A stretch of 64,000 nucleotides of DNA from Eubacteriales bacterium. Its GTDB lineage: Bacteria; Bacillota; Clostridia; Oscillospirales; CAG-382. The position numbers were made by a program, and so were the translations under genes. Position 1 is the first letter of the stretch. Each line of letters starts with the position of its first letter. A model generated the notes under the pieces. That model ran no database searches, had not been told where the DNA came from, and saw only the letters and a program-made list of their open reading frames with translations. The stretch lies in contig JAZOBE010000043.1 in the NCBI GenBank assembly GCA_045595785.1, positions 15,810-79,809 on the forward strand. Direction: 5' to 3'. Positions 47,098-55,689 of this stretch are shown here, piece after piece.

Positions 47098-47979
47098 TTA
47101 TATTAATTTGAATAAATCAATTGTTTCTCCCATCTGGTTGTTATTTACGTTTACATCATTAATAGCAGGTGCGCTCTGCAAACTATTACCTTCAGAAACC
47201 ATAACTTTTTGCTTTTGCTTGACATGTTCCTTTATTTCTCTAAAAATAGTTTCATAATCTTCTGGTTTAATCATCTTGTACTTCTCGCTAAATCCAACAG
47301 GCGACTTTCCAATGGGAAACATGTCACGTAGCCTAGACATGTCAGCTCCTTCGCCAATGCCTAACGGAAAAATATGCAAATCGCCATTTATGACACGCTC
47401 ACGAATATTGGCAAACTCTGGGCGAGGGTCATCGGTTGGAGTTCCATCAGTCATAAATACGAGAATAGGCGTGTAATAATCATTATCGGCATTTCTTAAT
47501 TCGTTACGCATTTCATCTAATTGCGCAAGTGCAGTTCGTATTCCATCTCCCATGGAAGTTTCAGCCTTTTCAACTGAACATTCACAAGAATGAATACTCA
47601 AAGCTTCACAATCTAAAAAATCATATTTTACATTAGCAAATCGGCTATATGTAACAATGGATACAGCGACTTGACGACATAATTCCGTATCTCGTTTTAA
47701 ATCAGTTAAAAGACCACAAAGAGTCTCGTTCATTTTGTCAATCTTCTTATAATGTGCGTATCCTGGCCGAATATCATTTAAACTAAAATAGTTTACATTA
47801 TGTCCATCCGAGAATCCCCTGCCTGTATTGCGTTTCAAGCCGCCCTCTTGTATCCACCATTCATCCATAGACTGACTTACATCTACGCAAAAACAAATAA
47901 GTGCACGTGGGTCCCCATTGATTAGCAATCTACGCTGTTGGCTAAAATATTCACTTGAATAGTATGCTTCGTTTGCCAT
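47098..47979 (-). CDS. TerY-like von Willebrand factor A (vWA) domain protein
   Basis: MIDAS DVSQS (D33, S35, S37), later ETSMG and FMTDGTPTD. 293 aa, cytoplasmic (no signal peptide). SD GAGGAG. This is the last gene of the three-gene operon. Confidence 0.8.
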   Translation of the reverse strand: MANEAYYSSEYFSQQRRLLINGDPRALICFCVDVSQSMDEWWIQEGGLKRNTGRGFSDGHNVNYFSLNDIRPGYAHYKKIDKMNETLCGLLTDLKRDTELCRQVAVSIVTYSRFANVKYDFLDCEALSIHSCECSVEKAETSMGDGIRTALAQLDEMRNELRNADNDYYTPILVFMTDGTPTDDPRPEFANIRERVINGDLHIFPLGIGEGADMSRLRDMFPIGKSPVGFSEKYKMIKPEDYETIFREIKEHVKQKQKVMVSEGNSLQSAPAINDVNVNNNQMGETIDLFKLI

Positions 47980-48001
47980 AATCGTCTCCTCATTTTAATT
48001 A

Positions 48002-50152
48002 TTAATATCTTCGGTTGCGACATTTAGGACATCGAGTCGGTAAATTAAGTCCTTTCTTTTTATAAAACTCAACTTCACCATTAGTAATGGGGAAACGACA
48101 ACCACAGTATCGATTGCTGCAAGAACGCCACATATAAATATCATTATTCCATTTTTCGCGTTCGCGCTTGGCATCATTCAACTTGATTTTGAAACATTCA
48201 CCGCAAACATTAACCTTAAGATTGCGTAGTTTATCTTCAAATTCTCGCATTTGATATATTGGAACTTCACGACCACAATTGCCACATTTCGTAGTACGTT
48301 TTTTACAATCTCTACACCAACGTTGATCATACCAATTAAAATCCATTTTCCCTATATCGTGAACAATTTTGGTACGATTCGTATAATAAAACTCTCGTCC
48401 GCAACACTCGCATTTAAAATGCACTGCTGACTTATCGTTAGCACAAGGAAGGCATATCCTATATCCTCTTTCCCATATATTAATCGTTTCTTTATGAACT
48501 TGAACATTATGCATAAAGTAAAAATTAGGATGTTCTTGTCCGCAATGTTTGCAACGTACAAAAATCCTCTTATTATCTCTACGAAAAGTTTTGGGAAATA
48601 TATTGCATGAATCGGATTTATCTAAAGTAGATAGACTTCTATTAAAATCTCTAACTATATTGAGCCAATCTTTCGCCTTTAATCTTTTGTTAGGAACAGC
48701 ATATTTACCATTTGGGTTAAAAGTATTAAAAAAGGCCTCGCACATTCTATACGGTAGATGATCCCATACAATACGCCATATACCACTAGGACGCTCTGCA
48801 TCTACAGAACGCCTCATACCACCAATACCGAACGGAAAGGTCATGTTGATAATACTAATTCGTTCATCTGTCCCTTTTGATTTAGCATACGGAAATTTCC
48901 CTGGCATCATTAGCATAAATGTCAACAACGCAACTTGATAATTTTCTTGATCTGCTGTATAAAGAAGACGCGGATAATCATCACGTAACAATTCGGGAGG
49001 GGTAAATGTTTGATTTCGTGAAATAGCTGGATATCCTTCAATTTGCCAACAATCTGTATCAACGAAATATACCTCATCAGGTTTTTCAACATATATTGTG
49101 GCTGGATTTATACATCCGAAGTATAACCCATAATTATGCATACTGCAAATTTTATCAAGAATCGTTATTGCTAACGTACAAAGATCTTGCCTATCCCATC
49201 GTGGAAAATATTGAAACAATCCCGTGACTCCATTTAATACTGAACGTGTCAGCTGTATCCCTTTAGAAGCTGGCACCAATATACCGACAAATTCTCCAAT
49301 ATCATTTTTTAAGATATCTACCGGCCAACATACCCCTGGTATTTCTACTTTTCCCTTTATCATCCTTCGAGCTTTATTCTCCCAAATGTCTATTCGAAGC
49401 GATTTTAAAGTGTATATTTTTGCAAAAAATCCACTATCATTAGTTGCATAGGTTATTGAAGTATGGTCTGTCATCATTGCATCTTTTAAATAAAAAACAG
49501 TACGGCAACACTCTGCTATAACCCTTTCACCATTGGTTGGAACACTGCTAGTTGCATTAACGACCGAATTAATAGATACAAGTTCAGTAGTTAACTTAAA
49601 AAGATTTTCAGTTTTGTATTCAATTTGCTTTTTTGTGTAAAGTGCTTGAAGTTGCCCTTCTTGATTCATACCATACCATCGCAATTGTAATCCTTTAGAA
49701 TTTGCCGATGATTTAGCATCGTAACCATTATCACCGCTAGCGGTAAGAAAAACAATCTTCCAATCAAGATATTGGTCAGCAATTTTCTCAAAGCATGCAT
49801 TTAGATCATTCCCCGCAAGTTCTCGATAATCTTCAGAAATCAGATCCTTACATTCTTCTTTAGTGAGTTTCATTATTTCAAAGCTCGGCACATAAAAAAA
49901 TTTCGTGGTATGCATAGAGTCTTTATTAACATGCCACTCATTTGCAAATTTAGAGAAAGCAGTACTTTTAACAAATGAAGCATCTACAAACACTCGAATT
50001 TGTTGTGATTTTATCAAATCACTTATTGTTGTCCCAAATTTTGGCCAATTCTCGAGCTTATTATTTGATTTTTCATTATGCGATAAAGAAGGTTCTTTTC
50101 TTTCGTTCTCATTTTTTATCTCTGCTTTATTGAATAAAGTTGTAAATGCCAT
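48002..50152 (-). CDS. multidomain protein: PIN-like N-terminus, protein-kinase-like core with a substituted catalytic loop, four C-terminal zinc-ribbon units
   Basis: Kinase-like landmarks: FAK245, E258, H339-NYGLYFG-C347, VD365TD, TPPE387, MPGKFPY. Acidic PIN-like pattern: VFVD57AS, FE92I, GND116, SGD141. CxxC pairs: C534/C537-C567/C570, C581/C584-C613/C616, C623/C626-C650/C653, C683/C685-C708/C711. The last unit resembles the F..T..E..FY..KG...P.RC..CR zinc-ribbon. Confidence 0.65.
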   Translation of the reverse strand: MAFTTLFNKAEIKNENERKEPSLSHNEKSNNKLENWPKFGTTISDLIKSQQIRVFVDASFVKSTAFSKFANEWHVNKDSMHTTKFFYVPSFEIMKLTKEECKDLISEDYRELAGNDLNACFEKIADQYLDWKIVFLTASGDNGYDAKSSANSKGLQLRWYGMNQEGQLQALYTKKQIEYKTENLFKLTTELVSINSVVNATSSVPTNGERVIAECCRTVFYLKDAMMTDHTSITYATNDSGFFAKIYTLKSLRIDIWENKARRMIKGKVEIPGVCWPVDILKNDIGEFVGILVPASKGIQLTRSVLNGVTGLFQYFPRWDRQDLCTLAITILDKICSMHNYGLYFGCINPATIYVEKPDEVYFVDTDCWQIEGYPAISRNQTFTPPELLRDDYPRLLYTADQENYQVALLTFMLMMPGKFPYAKSKGTDERISIINMTFPFGIGGMRRSVDAERPSGIWRIVWDHLPYRMCEAFFNTFNPNGKYAVPNKRLKAKDWLNIVRDFNRSLSTLDKSDSCNIFPKTFRRDNKRIFVRCKHCGQEHPNFYFMHNVQVHKETINIWERGYRICLPCANDKSAVHFKCECCGREFYYTNRTKIVHDIGKMDFNWYDQRWCRDCKKRTTKCGNCGREVPIYQMREFEDKLRNLKVNVCGECFKIKLNDAKREREKWNNDIYMWRSCSNRYCGCRFPITNGEVEFYKKKGLNLPTRCPKCRNRRY

Positions 50153-50168
50153 TTTTCCTCCATTAACA

Positions 50169-51431
50169 CTAATTCACAATAAAAGATTTTATTTCATCGA
50201 GTAATGCTCTGGTATTGGGTTCGCAATTAGGAATCGATTCCAACTCATAATATATATTTTTTACTTTTTGTAGTTCGCTGTTAAAACCACTTTTTGATTT
50301 ATTGTAAAAGAATAACAATAAACTTCGACCAATTGTTTCATTATGATTAGATTGCCAAACATTTTCTGCTTCTCTCACCCATTCGCCTTTCATAAATTCA
50401 TGCCGCTGGTTATGTGCAAGATTTTTTACTAGATTAATAAGCCTGTTTGTTTTATTGTCTAAACTATCATAATCACAAATCATTGGAAAATAATACTGTC
50501 TATCGATGTTATATACATATGCAGAGTCTTCAATAAAACCAGTTTTAGGTGACCAACGATAAGCTCGAACATAAGTGTTATTATCATTTCGCCATTCATA
50601 ATATATTACGCCAATATCTGAGTAGGAGTCTCCCGATTGTGGTGCAGATTTACCACATGCGATACTCGGAATCGTTCGATTAGGCAAGGAAATTGTCGAA
50701 ATAGGATTATTGGCATATTTATGCATATCTCCATGAAGATATGCACTAATGCATCTTCGATCTATAACGCTGTGTATTCTGTCAATGTGACTTGAAAATA
50801 GCGTTTCAATCCAATGATGTCCTAACATTAATGTGGGAAGATTAATGTCAATTGAACAGTTCGATAATGAATTAATGTCAACTATTTGTTTATGCATATC
50901 TCCATCACTAATTAATGCAGTGTTAAGCAACAAAATATTTATCAGATTGTTCCAAACGATACAATTAACGCCGCTAGGATTAGTAACTCTCCCGTCTGTC
51001 ACGCCAGAGCTGGCATAAAAGTTACGCGCAAAAATGTCATATTCAACAAATCCATCATACAGTGACTTTGTGCCATTTAAGTATTGCGAGTATATATTAT
51101 AGTTACTTTCAGAATGATCACATATAGTCCTAATAGCTTCGCGCCTTCCATCATAGTTATTCACATCATGATTTCCAGGAACTAAAAATGTATCTTTTTT
51201 ATCGATATTAAATGCTGTTAAAATCGACTCTAAATATTTCATTGAAACATTAAACTCTGTTTTATATTTTGCATGGCGAAAATCTCCCGTTGCTATAAGA
51301 AATTGTGGGGAGATTTTTTTTGCTAATTTGTTATAATCTTCTGAAATAAAAGTTGTATCTGCTTCTGAAAATACATGTAAATCAGATATTTGTAGCCAAG
51401 ATGCATTAACATGTTTGCGATTGGTATTCAT
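50169..51431 (-). CDS. calcineurin-like metallophosphoesterase with a C-terminal extension
   Basis: Motifs in canonical order: ISDLH (DxH), ATGDFRH (GD), PGNHD (GNHD), LGHH, YLHGDMH (GHxH-like). An unassigned helical tail of about 120 aa follows. Confidence 0.85.
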   Translation of the reverse strand: MNTNRKHVNASWLQISDLHVFSEADTTFISEDYNKLAKKISPQFLIATGDFRHAKYKTEFNVSMKYLESILTAFNIDKKDTFLVPGNHDVNNYDGRREAIRTICDHSESNYNIYSQYLNGTKSLYDGFVEYDIFARNFYASSGVTDGRVTNPSGVNCIVWNNLINILLLNTALISDGDMHKQIVDINSLSNCSIDINLPTLMLGHHWIETLFSSHIDRIHSVIDRRCISAYLHGDMHKYANNPISTISLPNRTIPSIACGKSAPQSGDSYSDIGVIYYEWRNDNNTYVRAYRWSPKTGFIEDSAYVYNIDRQYYFPMICDYDSLDNKTNRLINLVKNLAHNQRHEFMKGEWVREAENVWQSNHNETIGRSLLLFFYNKSKSGFNSELQKVKNIYYELESIPNCEPNTRALLDEIKSFIVN

Positions 51432-51804
51432 AATAGCTATGCTCTCTTACTTAATTCTTAAAAATTTTGATAGTCGAAAAGACAATCTATATGATTCAAT
51501 CATACAGTTTCTGTGAAATTATCGATTTGTTAAGGTGTGTTTGACCAAAATCCATGCATGAATTTTGGAATGTATTTCAACAAAAATCAATATACCTTGG
51601 AGTGAACCGACAAAATTCGGGAGTGAATGGAGAATGCGAGATATGACATCACTTCGTAAACGGTCATTCATACGATATTTGTCAATTTTTACTACTCTAC
51701 TTATATAATGTCGAAAAAGGTCAAAACGTCTATAAAAAAGTTTGAAAATTTTAATTGTTTTTTCCACAAAGCGCAAGATGTAATTTCACTAGACATAAAT
51801 CGTA

Positions 51805-51836
51805 GACAAAGAAACCGCCGAGGAATTCTCGACGGC
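51805..51836 (-). terminator. rho-independent terminator
   Basis: On the minus strand, a ccgtcgag aattc ctcggcgg hairpin is followed by tttctttgt, after the stop at 51870. Confidence 0.6.
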
Positions 51837-51869
51837 TGATTTTAAATATTGACGATTATGTGTACGATA

Positions 51870-53117
51870 TTAATTAAGTTTTCCCCAATAGCAAACGGTT
51901 ATTATTGTTGTGTTGATTTTTCCGTCTTTGGAGTATTTATCGAAAATTGCTTTTACATCGCTAATAAAACACTCGTAATCTTCGCTGGATTTGTCAGGTG
52001 CAAAGGAAGTTGACAACATCCCACCGCAAAACTCCTCGAAAGTTTGTTGTATACTGTTATCGAATTTATTGGTATTATAATTATTTTCGCCAAACAGATT
52101 ATTCGCACGTTCTTTATAAGAAATTCCCGATGTTTTTTGTTTTTTCTTTGCACGATATGATATTTTTAGATTTGTCAGTTCCTCATCAAACTCATCTCCC
52201 CCGAACACATTCCACAGCAAAAACACATAACCGTCTTTTTTCAAAATTCTGCGCATTTCGGTATGTGTTTTCTCATTATCAAACCAATGGAAAGATTCAG
52301 CAGCAGTTATTATATCTACGCTGGAATCAGGAAGCGTTGTTTGCTCCGCAAAAGAAGCGATGGAAATATAATTGGCGTGGCAACTCATTATATCCTCGGC
52401 GCTTTTTCTCATTTGTCTGTTGGGTTCGATAGAGTATAGCGTTTTTGCACTTTCTACAAGCAATTTCGAGAGTTTTCCTGTGCCGCTACCTATGTCTGCA
52501 ATAACGGGCGTTTCGATTTGCGCCAAAATGAGTTCAACCACCGCAGAAGGATACGAAGGTCTATAATTTTTATAATTAGAGGTTTGCAAAGTAAATAGCG
52601 AGCAATCGAAGCGATATTTATTAATTTGTCGCTTTAAGGAATCAGAAGTAAAATATGCATCAATATCGGCTTCGTCAACGGAATATCCGTTCAACAAACT
52701 TTGTATAACGGCTTCAGCAAGTAATAATTCTTTGCCGGATTCGTCAAGAAAACAATTCTCAATATCGAAATTCATTTTATTGTTGATTCCTTCGATTGCG
52801 CCTTTATAGAAAGTTGAATATTCACCAAAACAAGATTTCAAGCTTTCAATCGCAACTATTCCCACCTTTAATTTCTCGATGTCTACTTTTCTGTTCTTGC
52901 GAATAACTAACTGACCACCGCTTAAAATTTTATCGGTTGTGGTGTCCAAGACATCTGCTAAGTCAAGCAATATAGAAGCATCGGGAAGATTTTCGCCATT
53001 CTCCCATTTAGAAACAGCTTGGAACGTTACCGAAAGTAATTCCGCCAAGCCTTTCTGCGAAAGTCCTTTTTGTTTGCGAAGCGTTTGAATGTAATTGCCG
53101 ATGTTCTTTGTGTTCAT
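51870..53117 (-). CDS. XRE-family HTH fused to a class I SAM-dependent methyltransferase
   Basis: N-terminal IQTLRKQKGLSQKGLAELLSVTFQAVSKWENG. MTase motif I IADIGSGTGKLS and post-I/II regions downstream. Confidence 0.8.
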   Translation of the reverse strand: MNTKNIGNYIQTLRKQKGLSQKGLAELLSVTFQAVSKWENGENLPDASILLDLADVLDTTTDKILSGGQLVIRKNRKVDIEKLKVGIVAIESLKSCFGEYSTFYKGAIEGINNKMNFDIENCFLDESGKELLLAEAVIQSLLNGYSVDEADIDAYFTSDSLKRQINKYRFDCSLFTLQTSNYKNYRPSYPSAVVELILAQIETPVIADIGSGTGKLSKLLVESAKTLYSIEPNRQMRKSAEDIMSCHANYISIASFAEQTTLPDSSVDIITAAESFHWFDNEKTHTEMRRILKKDGYVFLLWNVFGGDEFDEELTNLKISYRAKKKQKTSGISYKERANNLFGENNYNTNKFDNSIQQTFEEFCGGMLSTSFAPDKSSEDYECFISDVKAIFDKYSKDGKINTTIITVCYWGKLN

Positions 53118-53379
53118 TTTACGCCCTCCGTTTGTTGATTACGAATATATGATACCAAAAAACACAGAAAAAACAATAACGGTATTCTTGAAGTTGCTCA
53201 ACTTAAAATAGAATTCGTCGACTTATTCTATTGCATTTTTATTTGCTTTAAAGTGTATGACTAACCTATAAGGCGAAGATAAGTAAAATAATAGGTTATT
53301 GTTTTATAATTATTGATAAGATATAATATGATTAAAAGCAGGGCTCAGCTTAAATATTAAATTTCAAAGGATTTGTAAT

Positions 53380-53997
53380 ATGTTATATTTAACGTCAAAT
53401 TTAAAAAAGTATCGGATTTTAAAAGGATTGACACAAGAAGAATTAGCTAATTATTTGAATATCACACCTCAAAGTATTTCAAAATGGGAACGTGGTGAAA
53501 CATATCCCGATATAACATTACTACCTGCATTAGCGAACATTTTCGAAACGAGTGTAGATTTGCTAATCGGTATGGATGTAATGCGTGCAGATGAAACAAA
53601 ATATAATATTCACAAAACTGCGAATGGTTTTATGAAAATCAGCGATTATGAATCAGCTGAAAAAGTGTACCGCGACGCTCTTCTAATATATCCGAATAAT
53701 TCGGGAATGCTTCTTGGACTTGGAAGTGTATTAGCCTTGAACAATAAAACCGAAGAATCCATTAAATTTATAGAAATAGGATTACCGTTGTCAAACAATG
53801 AAAAACAAAAAGCCACTATGCGTGCAACACTTTGTTTCCTATATCAAAAACACGGAGAAATAGACAAAGCGCAAGCTCTTGCTTCTGAATTGCCGCATTT
53901 AAGAGAAAGCCGAGAAATCATTCAGCCTATCATTATGAAAAATCCCTGTATCGATGAAATTGACAAAGAACTCAAATCGATTTTATTAGGAGAATAA
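53380..53997 (+). CDS. XRE-family HTH fused to a TPR-like helical domain
   Basis: N-terminal LKKYRILKGLTQEELANYLNITPQSISKWERG. The C-terminal half has TPR-like A/Y/L periodicity (AEKVYRDALLIYPNNSGMLLGLGSVLA). Confidence 0.7.
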   Translation: MLYLTSNLKKYRILKGLTQEELANYLNITPQSISKWERGETYPDITLLPALANIFETSVDLLIGMDVMRADETKYNIHKTANGFMKISDYESAEKVYRDALLIYPNNSGMLLGLGSVLALNNKTEESIKFIEIGLPLSNNEKQKATMRATLCFLYQKHGEIDKAQALASELPHLRESREIIQPIIMKNPCIDEIDKELKSILLGE

Positions 53998-54016
53998 TAG
54001 CAGCATAATTAACACA

Positions 54017-54047
54017 ACAGCCGAGGAATTACCTCGGCTGTTCTTCT
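54017..54047. terminator. bidirectional terminator
   Basis: acagccgagg aatta cctcggctgt lies between convergent genes. Confidence 0.7.
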
Positions 54048-54108
54048 ACGTATTATTAAGCATGTTCTGTAAAGCAGATCAAATTAACCGCCACCAATTC
54101 CGCAAGGA

Positions 54109-54996
54109 CTACTTTATACGTTCAACCGGAATCGCAACTCTTGCTCCAAGTTCAGGCTCTGCACCGAGGTTTAGTGTGGGTGCAATACTTGTTGCATATT
54201 TATAGCCGTATCGCTCGAAGTCATAATGTTCAATCGCCTTGAACACTTGCACGATATATTTACCAAAATCATCCGGATTAGCGTAAGGCTCGCTTTGAAA
54301 ATAAAGCATTACACATTCGGGAAGTTCTGCCACTCTATATCCTTCTGGCAGAGGTTTTTCGTAGTCGATAGGCACTTCAACACCTGCGGCAATTGTACGG
54401 ATACCTTGCTCTTGCAAAAAATCGGGTAAATTAATCAACGCTGCCGTATCAAACTTTTCGTGTATGCTATTAAGCAAGCCTTCCCAATCACAACCAACTT
54501 CCTCGCAATAAGAAAGGTAGTCGGTTGCCGACTTTGATGTAAGATAAATCAATTTCCTTTTAGGTCTGTTAACGGGTGTAACCGTGCAAATTGTTGGCGT
54601 GTCCATTCTTTGTCCCTCTTTCAAAATATGATAATGATTAGCAGGGTGCTGAGTAAATAACGGAATAGCAATTTGGCTCTTACGGTACTCTTTTGGCGTA
54701 ACAGAAAAACGCTTTACAAATGACCTTGTGTAACCTTCATGAGATTGATAGTGACTGTCAAAAGCAACATCAATAACAGAGTTCTCGGTGTCAAGCAGTT
54801 TGTTCGCACTCTCGCTCAATACAACGGCATTTATGTATTCGCTAAGCGTAATCTTCATATGCTTTTGAAATAATCTGTCAAGTTGACGGCGAGAATATCC
54901 AACTGCGCTACAAACATTCTCAACACCAAATTCCATATCAGTGTGATGTTCTTTGATATACTCCTGTGCCTTAACTACCGCTTTTATATCATCCAT
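54109..54996 (-). CDS. AraC-family transcriptional regulator with a GyrI-like effector-binding domain
   Basis: N-terminal double HTH (VCSAVGYSRRQLDRLF ... AFDSHYQSHEGYTRSFVKRFSVTPKEYR). The size and pattern of the C-terminal half are typical of the GyrI-like fold. Confidence 0.75.
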   Translation of the reverse strand: MDDIKAVVKAQEYIKEHHTDMEFGVENVCSAVGYSRRQLDRLFQKHMKITLSEYINAVVLSESANKLLDTENSVIDVAFDSHYQSHEGYTRSFVKRFSVTPKEYRKSQIAIPLFTQHPANHYHILKEGQRMDTPTICTVTPVNRPKRKLIYLTSKSATDYLSYCEEVGCDWEGLLNSIHEKFDTAALINLPDFLQEQGIRTIAAGVEVPIDYEKPLPEGYRVAELPECVMLYFQSEPYANPDDFGKYIVQVFKAIEHYDFERYGYKYATSIAPTLNLGAEPELGARVAIPVERIK

Positions 54997-55102
54997 CTTG
55001 CACCCTTAATATATGATAGCAGAATATTATTTATATTTCTTGACAAATATGGACAGTTTAAAAAAGTAAAAATCACTTCAAAGGTTATTATTTAGTTTTG
55101 TT

Positions 55103-55669
55103 TCAATCTGTATAAAGTTTTCCGTAAATAACGCAATCGTGCAATCCATCGTTCAACGGGAAACAATGGCGCAGATGACCTTCTTTTATGAAGCCGTTCT
55201 TTTCGAGAACTCTTTGTGATGCGATATTGTTCGGTTCGACGGATGTGAAGATGCGTTCAAGCTTTAACTGTTCAAATCCAAACTTTACAACAGCTTCTGT
55301 GCAAGCCGTCATAATACCTTTGTTCCAATACTTACGGTCAAGGAAATAACCAATATTTGCAGCGGTATTGTTGTTTTGAAAATCGCTTAATAGGATTCTT
55401 CCCAAAACCTCATCGGTATTTCTGTCTGCGATAGTCCAATTATATTCACGGCATTTTTCAAAAGCATTGATTTGGTTTTGGATGATTTTCTTTGCCTGTT
55501 CAAGATTTGCAGGTGGTTTGCCGTAACCCAAATAATATTTCAAGGCGTCGGAATCACTGTATATTTCAAAATACTTTTCGCAATCCCGTTCCGGCTTGAC
55601 TTGTCGCAGGATAATGTTTTCATTAACTGCAATCGGCTGAAATTCAGCAAACATTTCTTTTAATGTCAT
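55103..55669 (-). CDS. GNAT-family N-acetyltransferase (RimJ/RimL-like)
   Basis: Start at MTLKEM (SD GGAGA). Contains WNKGIMTACTEAVVKFGF (acetyl-CoA binding motif A region) and NIASQRVLEKNGF. Confidence 0.8.
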   Translation of the reverse strand: MTLKEMFAEFQPIAVNENIILRQVKPERDCEKYFEIYSDSDALKYYLGYGKPPANLEQAKKIIQNQINAFEKCREYNWTIADRNTDEVLGRILLSDFQNNNTAANIGYFLDRKYWNKGIMTACTEAVVKFGFEQLKLERIFTSVEPNNIASQRVLEKNGFIKEGHLRHCFPLNDGLHDCVIYGKLYTD

Positions 55670-55689
55670 AGTACATCTCCAAACATTTT

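Noticed and set aside
51519-51776. An 85-aa ORF (TTG start) upstream of the metallophosphoesterase gene, considered as a possible fourth operon member.
   Set aside because: It has a non-ATG start with no SD. The internal ATG also lacks an SD. The composition is not convincing. I treat 51432-51804 as the promoter/leader region of the operon, with low certainty.
51805-54047. The two terminator hairpins (about 51815-51835 and 54017-54041) share the core gccgaggaatt / aattcctcggc, which could suggest a repeated element.
   Set aside because: The shared core is only about 11 nt and sits within ordinary terminator stems. This is insufficient to call a repeat family.
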